From assembly GCA_964541235.1 (NCBI GenBank), contig CAZIPI010000001.1, positions 110,774 through 174,773 on the forward strand: DNA of 64,000 nt, written 5' to 3'. The first letter of the stretch is position 1. The number at the start of each line of letters is the position of its first letter. This document shows, in pieces, positions 1 to 8,664 of the stretch. The notes beneath the pieces are model-generated. The model was not told the DNA's origin. It searched no databases and saw only the letters and a list, made by a program, of their open reading frames with translations. The translations under genes were made by a program, and so were the position numbers. This stretch comes from an uncultured bacterium (lineage in GTDB: Bacteria; Fermentibacterota; Fermentibacteria; Fermentibacterales; JCC-6).

Positions 1-389
1 AAGGCAATGGTGGGAACGGTGTACTTCAGTGCCTGCCGCCAGACCGTCTCGGTCTGGGGTTCCACCCCGCCCACGGCGCAGAACACGGCCACCCCTCCAT
101 CCAGGACCCGAAGGGACCTTTCCACCTCGGCGGTGAAATCAACGTGGCCGGGAGTGTCTATGATGTTTATGGCCACGTTCTTCCACATGCATCTGGTGGC
201 GGCGGAGACTATGGTTATACCCCTCTCCCTTTCCTGGGGCATCCAGTCCATCACCGCGGTGCCATGGTCAACGTCGCCCATGCGGTGCGTGCGTCCCGTG
301 TAGTAGAGGATCCGCTCGGTAACAGTGGTCTTGCCCGCGTCAATGTGGGCGAAGATACCGATGTTCCGGAGAGCGCTGGGCGTGTTCAT
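1..389 (-). CDS. Elongation factor G family translational GTPase, N-terminal ~129 aa only (gene continues off the left edge)
   Basis: Reverse translation from ATG at 387-389 gives [43 protein letters not shown]...[45 protein letters not shown]. This carries the G1 (AHIDAGKTT) and G3 (DTPGHVDF) GTPase motifs and the EF-G-specific layout. An in-frame stop lies just upstream at 423-425. It is not in the ORF track because it is truncated by the window edge. Confidence 0.8.
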   Translation of the reverse strand, partial: MNTPSALRNIGIFAHIDAGKTTVTERILYYTGRTHRMGDVDHGTAVMDWMPQERERGITIVSAATRCMWKNVAINIIDTPGHVDFTAEVERSLRVLDGGVAVFCAVGGVEPQTETVWRQALKYTVPTIA

Positions 390-457
390 GGAAAGACCTG
401 TCCCCCCCTGCTGAAGCGGTTTTCAGGAGGGCAACCTTACAATGGCGGGGGGTATTG

Positions 458-958
458 TCAAGTTCGGCGGTAGATGGAAAGCTCCCTCTCCGCCCTGCGG
501 GGATCAGGGTCGGGAACGGCCTCCACAGCTTCTATCAGAGCTATGTACTCACCGGGAAGGCGGTTCTCCAGAGCGCCCCTGACCACATGTTCACGGTACC
601 AGTCGAAGGGCTTCAGTGCCGGGTCAATGGCGGTGGCGCAGTAAACCCAGGCGCTGATCCTGGAACCGTCCATCATGGTCAGTTCCACCAGCCTGTTCTC
701 GTAGCCGTGCCCCACACCCTCAATGGCATCAAGAACCCCCTTCTCATCGGGCTTCAGGCTGTACACCACCCCCAGCACCTCATGGTCGGGATCCCCGGTG
801 AGACATGCGTCGCACTTGGCCGAGCCGTCCCTCTCGCCCGCCTTGTGAAAGGCCAGCCTGTAGCCTGAGAGCCTGCCGACACCCACCCTGACAGCGGACG
901 GGATCCGCGAGCAGAGCCTTGCTGTGGACATGTTTGAACCGTAGGCGAAGTAATGCAT
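458..958 (-). CDS. Gamma-glutamylcyclotransferase-like protein (AIG2/GGACT fold)
   Basis: The ORF 458-1018 contains the motif YFAYGSNM typical of GGCT/AIG2-like enzymes. The start was moved to the internal ATG at 956-958 (MHYFAYGSNMS), which overlaps the upstream stop by 1 nt. Confidence 0.65.
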   Translation of the reverse strand: MHYFAYGSNMSTARLCSRIPSAVRVGVGRLSGYRLAFHKAGERDGSAKCDACLTGDPDHEVLGVVYSLKPDEKGVLDAIEGVGHGYENRLVELTMMDGSRISAWVYCATAIDPALKPFDWYREHVVRGALENRLPGEYIALIEAVEAVPDPDPRRAERELSIYRRT

Positions 959-1872
959 CAGTACCCCTGTCCCGTCAGGAACCTGCAGCCCCCGCCGCAC
1001 CCTCCGGCATGGGCGCACTTTTCACTGCAGCCCCCGCCGGACGATCCCCTGAATGCCTTCACCGCTTCCAGGGCGGAAAGGGCTGAAAAACCTTCTTCAA
1101 CAACGCTGCCCAGCACGTCCGGGCTCTGTTCGCACACCCTGAGAGTGCCGTCGGGGCCCACCGCCCATTTGCTTTCCCCGCAATGGCAGGCCGTGGGGGT
1201 TACACCCCAGTCCTCCAGCCCGGGGAAGACGCAGGGTTCCAGGGGAACACCGGCGAAGACCGGGAGCCCTGTTGAAGAGCAGACCTCTCCAGCGGAGCGG
1301 AAGGCCTGTTCCAGCTCCGTCCTGGACGGCAGATAGGCCTGGTCATCAGCCAGCCCGCGGGGAACGAAGCGGTTGAGGCAGAGCGCAGAGGCGCCCAGCG
1401 CGGCGGCGAGCCCCGCTGCGCTCCCTGTCCGGTGAAAGCTATCGAATGTTACACAGAAGGATACCGTGACGGTGGCTCCCGTGGACGAGGCGGCGGCGAT
1501 CCCCGCCGAAACCTCTCTGAAAGGGGTTTCAACTCCCACATCGAAGTGCCGCACCCCGGAGTCGAAGAGGCGCCGGGCAAGGGCGTCGTTCAGCAGGACC
1601 CCGTTGGTGGCCACCGCAACGGTGAAACCGCGGGAACGCGCCAGGGCCGCTATATCGGGGAGGTCCTCCCTGAGAAGGGGTTCGCCTCCGGTTAGGGTTA
1701 TCCCCGAGCCGGAGGCATGGGCCTCAAGGCTTCCGAACAGCATGTCTATCCCGGAGAGGGGCAGTTCTTTGGGAACCGCGCTTCCAGGCCTCCTCCAGTA
1801 GTTGTAGCAGAACCCGCAGGACAGGTTGCACCGGGGTGTGACCTCAAAGGCGAACCAGCTGCCTTTCAACAA
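958..1872 (-). CDS. Radical SAM protein with C-terminal SPASM/twitch-like Cys-rich domain (304 aa)
   Basis: A CNLSCGFC (CxxxCxxC) motif sits near the N-terminus, followed by a G-rich SAM-binding stretch. The C-terminus has multiple Cys (CHCGESKW...CEQSP...CSEKCAHAGGCGGGC) as in the auxiliary Fe-S cluster domain of SPASM maturases. Confidence 0.8.
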   Translation of the reverse strand: MLKGSWFAFEVTPRCNLSCGFCYNYWRRPGSAVPKELPLSGIDMLFGSLEAHASGSGITLTGGEPLLREDLPDIAALARSRGFTVAVATNGVLLNDALARRLFDSGVRHFDVGVETPFREVSAGIAAASSTGATVTVSFCVTFDSFHRTGSAAGLAAALGASALCLNRFVPRGLADDQAYLPSRTELEQAFRSAGEVCSSTGLPVFAGVPLEPCVFPGLEDWGVTPTACHCGESKWAVGPDGTLRVCEQSPDVLGSVVEEGFSALSALEAVKAFRGSSGGGCSEKCAHAGGCGGGCRFLTGQGY

Positions 1873-2571
1873 CTAGACCGTCAGCAGGTGGGCGAAGAGC
1901 GGTTCGAGGTAGGGCTGCATCTCCTGGAAGCCCCGAAGGCGATCGCTGCCTGCCCCGTTCTCGAGGATCTCGTAGAGAAGCTGCACCTCCATGATGGTAT
2001 CGCCGGGAAAACGCTGCATGTCAGGGTGATGGCCGATGCCGGAAACACTCTGGAGAAGCGCCCATGTCTGGAACCGCATGAAGAGGGTGTCCGAGGCGGA
2101 CCGGTACACGGCCTCGGTGAGATCTCCCGCGGAACGAAGTCTTTCCAGCTCCCTGAGCCTTGCGTCAAGGTCGAAAAGTGCGTTCTCTTCCATCAGCCTG
2201 TTCCAGGGGGGCATCATCCTGGTCATGTGGACCGGGTTCATGCGGCTCAGCCTGAGGGCCCTGGTCTCCACCATGAGAGCCGCTGCCGAGACTGCCCTGG
2301 AGAGGCCATCGGTGCTGCCGGACGGGTTCAGGGCCTCCACGCACCGGCGTATCCCGGCTACAATGCTGTCGGCCTTGACGGGGTCCAGCTCACCCGAGGG
2401 TCCGAAGGATCCGCCCGACCCGGGAACCCTGTTCAAAAGCAGCCAGTACTCCCTTATCCTCCCCCACTCCCTGGAATCGAGAACGTTGCGAAGCGCCGCC
2501 CTCTCCACAGGGCTCAGAAGCTGATGGCACTCCTGGGGAATAGCCGGGGGAGGATCGTGATGGATCATCAT
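1873..2571 (-). CDS. Hypothetical protein (232 aa), no recognisable motif; co-operonic with the radical SAM enzyme
   Basis: The ORF abuts the radical SAM start (1872/1873). It overlaps the upstream FMN reductase stop by 4 nt. Coding-like codon usage. Confidence 0.5.
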   Translation of the reverse strand: MMIHHDPPPAIPQECHQLLSPVERAALRNVLDSREWGRIREYWLLLNRVPGSGGSFGPSGELDPVKADSIVAGIRRCVEALNPSGSTDGLSRAVSAAALMVETRALRLSRMNPVHMTRMMPPWNRLMEENALFDLDARLRELERLRSAGDLTEAVYRSASDTLFMRFQTWALLQSVSGIGHHPDMQRFPGDTIMEVQLLYEILENGAGSDRLRGFQEMQPYLEPLFAHLLTV

Positions 2572-3167
2572 CGAGCCTCCCCCTTAAGGGCTGAAGTGAT
2601 CCTGACCAGTTCCGCTGCAACCCTTTGAACGGCCCTTGCGTTCCTTGCGTCGGCAAACCCTCCGCTTCCGTCAAAGGCCTGGCCGGCCGAACCCACGGCA
2701 TGCTGTGATGGGATGACCAGCACACCGAGGTTCGCAAGCAGTGACCTGAGGACGGAAAGGCTTCTGAGCCCGCCCAGACTGCCCGGGGAGGCCGAGACCA
2801 GCGCGGCGGTCTTTCCGCGGAAGGCGCTCAGGGGTTTCTCGTCAGGGGTACGGGACCGTGACGCCCAGTCCAGCGCGTTCTTCAGCAGCGGAGTGATTGA
2901 ACCGTTGTACTCGGGAGAGGCTATGAGAAGACCGTCATGCCGGGAAAGCAGCTCCTTGAACGAGAGAGCGTTCCGGGGTATCCCTTCCGAAGACTCGAGG
3001 TCTTCGTTCATGAGGGGCATGGGGTGGTCGCCCAGTTCGATGATGGTCACCTCTCCGCCGGCCTCCTCCACGGAAGCGGCTGCAAGCCCCAGGAGAGCCC
3101 TGTTGTACGAGCCCTTCCTCGAACTGCCGGCGAAAGCCAGTATCGAAGGCCTGCCTCCGTCCCCCAT
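2568..3167 (-). CDS. NAD(P)H-dependent FMN reductase family protein
   Basis: Motifs LAFAGSSRKGSYN and IASPEYNGSITPLLKNALDW match the NADPH-dependent FMN reductase / flavodoxin-like fold family. Confidence 0.75.
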   Translation of the reverse strand: MGDGGRPSILAFAGSSRKGSYNRALLGLAAASVEEAGGEVTIIELGDHPMPLMNEDLESSEGIPRNALSFKELLSRHDGLLIASPEYNGSITPLLKNALDWASRSRTPDEKPLSAFRGKTAALVSASPGSLGGLRSLSVLRSLLANLGVLVIPSQHAVGSAGQAFDGSGGFADARNARAVQRVAAELVRITSALKGEAR

Positions 3168-3718
3168 CAGTCGCCGGCGCCCTTCACCCCGGCCCAGGTG
3201 GTGGGCAGAAGGGCCTGGTACTCCAGTATCCCTATCTCGGCTGTGGCGATGAACGCGTGATAGGTCGAGAAATCATCGGCGCCGTCGGGGCCCCGTGCCA
3301 GCAGTATCGGATAGGTGTTCCCGGGAACCAGGGGCTTGTCGTACTGGTCGCCTGAGTCCAGCGGTATGGTGAACCTTATCTCTGTGTTCCCTCCCGATTC
3401 GGAACCTCCGTCAATGGTGACGTCGTTGCTGCCCCCCAGAAGGGTGTCGGCCCTGTGGGATGTGGTCTGCCATCCCCAGTCATCACGGATGTAGGTGCTG
3501 CCCCCAGAAACGTATCCGATGATGATGTTGGCGTCCAGCATCATCATGGATGGATCGAACCCCACCGCCACCCAGCCGGTGGTGGGCCCTGTGAGTTCCA
3601 CGGCCAGGTCGCCCCCGGCAAGCGTTTCCCACCTGAGAACGAAACCCGAAACCTCGATCTCCTGCCATGCCAGAGTTGTTCCTGCCAGGACTGCGCAAAC
3701 GATCAATGACCTCATCAT
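3167..3718 (-). CDS. Secreted DOMON-like domain protein (paralog of 3802-4335)
   Basis: Start placed at MMRSLIVCAVLAGTTLAWQ (signal peptide), preceded by a GAAAGGAAGG Shine-Dalgarno sequence. It shares the block TTGWVAVGFDP..MM.DAN.IIGYV.GG..YIRDD with the divergent neighbour. The ORF-track start at 3763 is an upstream extension. Confidence 0.55.
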   Translation of the reverse strand: MMRSLIVCAVLAGTTLAWQEIEVSGFVLRWETLAGGDLAVELTGPTTGWVAVGFDPSMMMLDANIIIGYVSGGSTYIRDDWGWQTTSHRADTLLGGSNDVTIDGGSESGGNTEIRFTIPLDSGDQYDKPLVPGNTYPILLARGPDGADDFSTYHAFIATAEIGILEYQALLPTTWAGVKGAGD

Positions 3719-3801
3719 GACAAGCCTTCCTTTCACAAGCGGACCTGTTGCATAATAATACAATTACGGGGTAAGGAAACCACATCGAAGAGGGAGGAAT
3801 C

Positions 3802-4335
3802 ATGAAAAGGTTGATGGCGCTTTCCGGTCTTCTTCTCCTGGCTTCCGGCTGCGGCGACGACGCCACGGGACCGTCGGGCAACGAGGGGTGGAAAAGCTAC
3901 ACCGCCGGCGGAATGGAGATACAGTGGAGGGTCACCGAGAACCAGACCGTACTGCAGGTCAAGCTGTCCGCGCCCACCACGGGATGGGTGGCGGTGGGCT
4001 TCGACCCGACGGTGATGATGAAGGACGCCAACTTCATAATCGGTTACGTGCAGGGTGGCACCGGCTACATCCGCGACGATTTCGGGACCGGGGCGACCAC
4101 TCACCAGGCGGACACCACTCTCGGCGGGACCAGCGACGTGACACTGCTGGGCTCCGGAGAGACCGGCAGCACAACGACCATCGAGTTCTCCATACCCATG
4201 AATTCCGGTGACGAATACGATTCGGCCCTGGTTCAGGGCAGCACTCACACCTTTCTTCTGGCGTACGGACCCAACGGCGGCGACGACTTCGGCACTCCCC
4301 ACCAGTTCGTTCAGGCCGTTGCGCTTGAGCTGTAG
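3802..4335 (+). CDS. DOMON-like domain lipoprotein (lipobox LLASGC)
   Basis: Signal peptide MKRLMALSGLLLLASGC. The conserved block TTGWVAVGFDPTVMMKDANFIIGYVQGGTGYIRDD is shared with 3167-3718. Confidence 0.6.
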   Translation: MKRLMALSGLLLLASGCGDDATGPSGNEGWKSYTAGGMEIQWRVTENQTVLQVKLSAPTTGWVAVGFDPTVMMKDANFIIGYVQGGTGYIRDDFGTGATTHQADTTLGGTSDVTLLGSGETGSTTTIEFSIPMNSGDEYDSALVQGSTHTFLLAYGPNGGDDFGTPHQFVQAVALEL

Positions 4336-4344
4336 GAGGATCAC

Positions 4345-5076
4345 ATGAGAAGCGCAGGCATGATTCTTCTTGTCGCGGTCCCTCTTCTGGGATACGGCCC
4401 GGGAATGCTCAACATCGAAACACCCTCCCCCTCAGTGGAAAAGGGCAGCATCGAGTTCAGGCTGAACCACCGTTTCTACGGCTCGGCCCTTAAGGACGAG
4501 CCGCTGGAGACCTTCTTCGGAATGGACAACGGGGCCAATGTGGGCGTGGAACTGGGATGGTTCCCGGTGGACGGGCTGGAGGTACGGGCGGGACACGTGC
4601 GCTCGGGCAGGGAGTACGGTCTGTCCGGCCACTGGAGCGCCTACATCGACAGGTTCCAGGCATCGTTCTCCATGGGTTTCTCATCGGTGAAACCCGCCGC
4701 CAATCAGGACAGGGAAGGGGGGCTTACTCTCCTGGGAGCCTTCTCGGCCCCTTTCGCTTCGGACAGGGTGATACCCACGCTGAACTACAGCTACCACCAG
4801 AGGCTCGACAGGCACGGCCCCGGATTCGGGCTCTCCGTTGGTCTGTCCGACAACACGGCCCTTGTTGGCGAGTACTTCCCCGTGGTTGACCGTGACGCGG
4901 ACGATCCGGCGATACTCTCCGAGGACGCGTTCAGTTTCGGCGTGAGAAGGACCACCTGGGGCCACCAGTTCGTGATCTGCCTTGGCAACGGAAAGGGTGT
5001 GGGCCCCCATGGCCAGCTGAACGGGGCGGCCACCAACGACCTTTCGGTGGCGTTCACCGTGAGAAGGATGTTCTGA
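4345..5076 (+). CDS. Putative outer-membrane beta-barrel protein (hypothetical), C-terminal Phe
   Basis: N-terminal hydrophobic signal, alternating amphipathic segments, and a terminal ...VAFTVRRMF (aromatic C-terminus typical of OMPs). It lies 9 nt after the DOMON lipoprotein gene. Confidence 0.45.
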   Translation: MRSAGMILLVAVPLLGYGPGMLNIETPSPSVEKGSIEFRLNHRFYGSALKDEPLETFFGMDNGANVGVELGWFPVDGLEVRAGHVRSGREYGLSGHWSAYIDRFQASFSMGFSSVKPAANQDREGGLTLLGAFSAPFASDRVIPTLNYSYHQRLDRHGPGFGLSVGLSDNTALVGEYFPVVDRDADDPAILSEDAFSFGVRRTTWGHQFVICLGNGKGVGPHGQLNGAATNDLSVAFTVRRMF

Positions 5077-5117
5077 CTTCCCGCCCGGGAGGTCCCGGGG
5101 AGGACGGACAGGGAGGC

Positions 5118-6389
5118 ATGGAGGTTGGCGGGGTAGCCCTTTCCTCGGGTCGGTACGCCGCGAACCCCCCGGAAAGGTTCGGCGTCATCGTCGCCGGAGC
5201 GGGCCCCGCAGGCCTGTTCTGCGCGCAGAGCATTCGAAACCGCGAAGGCGGGGTTCTGCTGCTGGAGCGGAACCCGGGGCCGGGAGCAAAACTTCTGCTC
5301 TCGGGTTCGGGGCAGTGCAACTTCACACACACGGGCAGTGTTCAGGATCTCACCTGCAGGTACGGCAGGGCGGGGAACTTCGTGAAACCGGCGCTTCACG
5401 CATTCTCCAACTCCGATCTGGTGGCCTTCATCGAATCTTTGGGAGTGCCGACCGCCGTCAGGGATGACGGAAAGGTCTTCCCCGCATCCATGAGGGCGTC
5501 CGATGTGCTTGCGGCCCTGCAGGGGAGATGCCGGGAGAGAGGCGTGAGGATCATCTGCGGCTCCCGGGTCACATCGGTATCCCACGACGTGAGCGGTTTT
5601 ACCGTCACTGCCGAAGGCCGCGAATTCCTGTCCCGAGCCCTGGTGCTCTCCACCGGGGGTTGCTCCCATCCCGAGACGGGTTCCACCGGGGACGGTTACG
5701 CCGTGGCCGGATCCCTGGGGCATACCATCGTCGAGGTTACGGAAGCCCTGGCACCTGTCGGCGTCAGCGATCCGCTTATCAGAGGCCTGGCAGGGATCTC
5801 GGTGAGGGACGCAACGGTGCGTCTGGTCCGGGACGGCCGAAGAACGTTCGCGGTGACCGGGGATGTGCTTTTCACCGGCAGCGGTCTCTCGGGCCCCGGC
5901 ATCCTCGATCTGAGCCGGTACATAAGGGAAGGCGATGTCCTTTGGGTCTCGATGACCGGAACAGACCCCGATCAGCTTGCGGAACGGCTGTCGGAGGAGT
6001 TCGAGGGTGGAAGGACGCCGGTGAACGTCCTGCGGAACCTGGGCATTCCCGCAAGGCTCTCCCGGGTCATCCTGCAGAGCGGCGGCATTCCTCCATCCGT
6101 AAGGGCGGCGGAACTGCCGGGCACCCTGCGCAGGAAGGTGCTGGAACTGGTAACCGCCTTTCCGGTGAGAGTGGCGCGCAAGGGCGGTTTCAGTGTGGCG
6201 ATGGCCACGGCGGGAGGTGTGCGCCGGGATGAGATCAACAGGCACACCATGGAGTCAAGGATCCTTCGGAACCTCTTCTTCGCGGGAGAGATCATGGACG
6301 TGGACGGCGACACCGGGGGGTACAACATCCAGTGGGCGTTCTCGTCCGCCTGCGCCGCTGCCCTGGGTGCCTCGGAGACAACCGTCTGA
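5118..6389 (+). CDS. NAD(P)/FAD-dependent oxidoreductase, HI0933/BaiN-like flavoprotein family
   Basis: GVIVAGAGPAGLFCA dinucleotide-binding motif, overall architecture and the C-terminal GGYNIQWAFSSA stretch resemble HI0933-like aminoacetone-oxidase-family proteins. Confidence 0.7.
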   Translation: MEVGGVALSSGRYAANPPERFGVIVAGAGPAGLFCAQSIRNREGGVLLLERNPGPGAKLLLSGSGQCNFTHTGSVQDLTCRYGRAGNFVKPALHAFSNSDLVAFIESLGVPTAVRDDGKVFPASMRASDVLAALQGRCRERGVRIICGSRVTSVSHDVSGFTVTAEGREFLSRALVLSTGGCSHPETGSTGDGYAVAGSLGHTIVEVTEALAPVGVSDPLIRGLAGISVRDATVRLVRDGRRTFAVTGDVLFTGSGLSGPGILDLSRYIREGDVLWVSMTGTDPDQLAERLSEEFEGGRTPVNVLRNLGIPARLSRVILQSGGIPPSVRAAELPGTLRRKVLELVTAFPVRVARKGGFSVAMATAGGVRRDEINRHTMESRILRNLFFAGEIMDVDGDTGGYNIQWAFSSACAAALGASETTV

Positions 6390-6470
6390 CAGGGCGCACC
6401 GCTCTGCTGGCACAGCTCCCGGACCTTCAGCTATAATCCGGCAACTTTCAGCAGAAGGGCTTTCGGGGCA

Positions 6471-7700
6471 ATGAACAGAAACACACGGGCATGGTCCATC
6501 GTACTGGCTGGAATGGGCATCAATCTCTCTTTCGGGGTTCTCTACGCATGGAGCATCTTCGCCGCGAATCTCCGGGATTCCTTCGGCTGGAGCAGCACCC
6601 AGGCCTCCCTTCCCTACACCATGGCGGTGGCCATGTTCGCAGTGATGATGATCTTCGGGGGGCGTCTGCAGGACAGGTACGGCCCCAGGGCCGCCGTGAC
6701 CCTTGCCGGGATCCTGGTGGGGGGCGGCATGATCCTTGCCAGCCTGCTGCCAACGGTCCCCGGTCTCGCGCTTTCGTTCGGCCTTCTGGCCGGTTCCGGA
6801 ATAGGCCTGGGTTACTCCGCCACGACACCCGTCGCGATCAAGTGGTTCCCCCCGGAGAGGAAGGGGCTCATTTCGGGAATGGTGGTGGGAGGATTCGGGG
6901 CAGCGACCCTCTACATAGCCCCCCTTACCAACCATCTCATCGAGAACCACGGCGTCTTCAGCTCATTCAGGATACTCGGGGCATGTTTCCTGCTGGTGGT
7001 GGTGGGTCTGGCCCAAACCCTGCGGAACCCTTCCGAGCCATTGCCCGCCAGGGCGGCGGGGCCCTCCGCTGCCGCGGGCGACATGAACTGGAAGCAGATG
7101 ATCCGCACCCCGCAGTTCTACCAGTTGTGGGTGATGTTCCTTGCCGGAGCGCTTGCGGGCCTGATGATCATCGGACACCTTTCCACCATTGCCAGGGTCC
7201 AGACCGGCCGGAACTACGGCTTCATGCTAGTGGCTTTCATGGCGGTCAGCAACGCCCTGGGAAGGCCCATAGCCGGGACGATCTCGGACAGGCTGGGAAG
7301 AGCTAAGACCATGATGATCCTCTACATAGCTCAGGGTGCGGTACTTCTGTTCTTCTCGGGCTTCTCGGGGTTCGCTTCGATATTGTTCGGGGCGGCAGTG
7401 GTCACTTTTGCTTACGGGGCCATGCTTTCGGTGTACCCTTCGGCTGTGGGGGACTTCTACGGTACCAGGAACCTGGGCCTCAACTACGGTGTGCTGTTCA
7501 CAGCCTGGGGAGCGGGTGGGCAGATCGGACCCATCATGGCGGGCCGGATCCTTGACGCCACAGGCGGCTATGACGCCGCATACCGCACGGCGGCGGCGCT
7601 CTGTTTCCTGGCGGCGGTCATCGGGTTCACCCTGAAACCGGTGAAGAAGCCGGGCTTACCCTCAGGAAGCCCCACCCGGCAGGGACCCGTGCATTCTTGA
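6471..7700 (+). CDS. MFS transporter, oxalate/formate antiporter (OFA)-like
   Basis: Twelve predicted hydrophobic segments. The N-terminus WSIVLAGMGINLSFGVLYAWSIF is typical of OFA-family MFS proteins. Confidence 0.75.
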   Translation: MNRNTRAWSIVLAGMGINLSFGVLYAWSIFAANLRDSFGWSSTQASLPYTMAVAMFAVMMIFGGRLQDRYGPRAAVTLAGILVGGGMILASLLPTVPGLALSFGLLAGSGIGLGYSATTPVAIKWFPPERKGLISGMVVGGFGAATLYIAPLTNHLIENHGVFSSFRILGACFLLVVVGLAQTLRNPSEPLPARAAGPSAAAGDMNWKQMIRTPQFYQLWVMFLAGALAGLMIIGHLSTIARVQTGRNYGFMLVAFMAVSNALGRPIAGTISDRLGRAKTMMILYIAQGAVLLFFSGFSGFASILFGAAVVTFAYGAMLSVYPSAVGDFYGTRNLGLNYGVLFTAWGAGGQIGPIMAGRILDATGGYDAAYRTAAALCFLAAVIGFTLKPVKKPGLPSGSPTRQGPVHS

Positions 7701-7821
7701 CTCATGGGCTGAACGGCCCAATACTCATCCCTTGACGTGGGCTCATCAGTAAAGGCGCGCCGCAGGGTATCGTCAGCTGTTTGAGGGTGCCACCGGCTTA
7801 CAGGCCGACGAGGGGAGAGAA

Positions 7822-8631
7822 ATGAGAAGATTGCTTGCCGTACTGCTGTCGCCGGCCGCGGCCATGGCGATCACGATAACAGCCGACGACTTCAACTACG
7901 CAGCCGGCATCACGGGCTCCTTCTACTATCTCACCGGGGGGACCTGGCCCGGGTGGAGCGGAAGTGTGGATTCCTGGGACTTCTCGGGCATCAGCAGTTC
8001 CGAGTACGCCGGATTCGACGTCATGGCCAAGTCGGCCTCGCCCCACGGCGGAGACTTCGGCAGCGCCGATTACGCTGAGAGGGTGGTACAGGCCGATGTG
8101 GGAACCGTCTGGTTCTACTCTTCCCTCAACGGCGACTACCTCCAGCACGGGGCCACACTTCCCTGGCTCTCGTACCAGTACAAGGTCACCTACTCACCTG
8201 TCATAGCCTGCCTTGACTTCCCTCTCAGCGTGGGCAAGAGCTGGAGTTACGAGTTCACTTATGACTTCTGGGTCGGGTTCGTTCATGTGATAGTCAATGA
8301 AAGCCACTCAAAGGAGATCGTGGGCTCCGGGATCATCAAGGTGCCCGCTTCGGGAGGCCAGTGGTGGCCCTGCCTGGTCCTGCGTGACCATGCGGTGATC
8401 TCCGACAACTGGGGTGTGACCAACAAGAACGTATGGATCTACAGCTGGCTGGTCCCCGACGGTTTCATAGGCCAGAGCGGGGTGGCCTCCATCGAGAGCG
8501 TTGACGGGGCCGGCCCTGGGTTCACGAACTACTCCAGACGTTATGTCCTGGCCAGCTCCAACATCAACCCCGACCCCTGGAGCGCCATGACCAGCACCAC
8601 ATGGGGCAGGATCAAGAGCCTTCCCCATTAG
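7822..8631 (+). CDS. Secreted hypothetical protein (269 aa)
   Basis: Signal peptide MRRLLAVLLSPAAAMA. Aromatic/Gly-rich sequence with no catalytic motif recognised. Confidence 0.45.
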   Translation: MRRLLAVLLSPAAAMAITITADDFNYAAGITGSFYYLTGGTWPGWSGSVDSWDFSGISSSEYAGFDVMAKSASPHGGDFGSADYAERVVQADVGTVWFYSSLNGDYLQHGATLPWLSYQYKVTYSPVIACLDFPLSVGKSWSYEFTYDFWVGFVHVIVNESHSKEIVGSGIIKVPASGGQWWPCLVLRDHAVISDNWGVTNKNVWIYSWLVPDGFIGQSGVASIESVDGAGPGFTNYSRRYVLASSNINPDPWSAMTSTTWGRIKSLPH

Positions 8632-8664
8632 TGCAGCCGGTTCCACACCTTTCCAAGGAGGAAG

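Noticed and set aside
4791-6245. 484-aa minus-strand ORF
   Set aside because: It is antisense to the FAD-dependent oxidoreductase gene (5118-6389), which has a clear GxGxxG motif. The antisense translation is R/P/G-rich and has no function signal.
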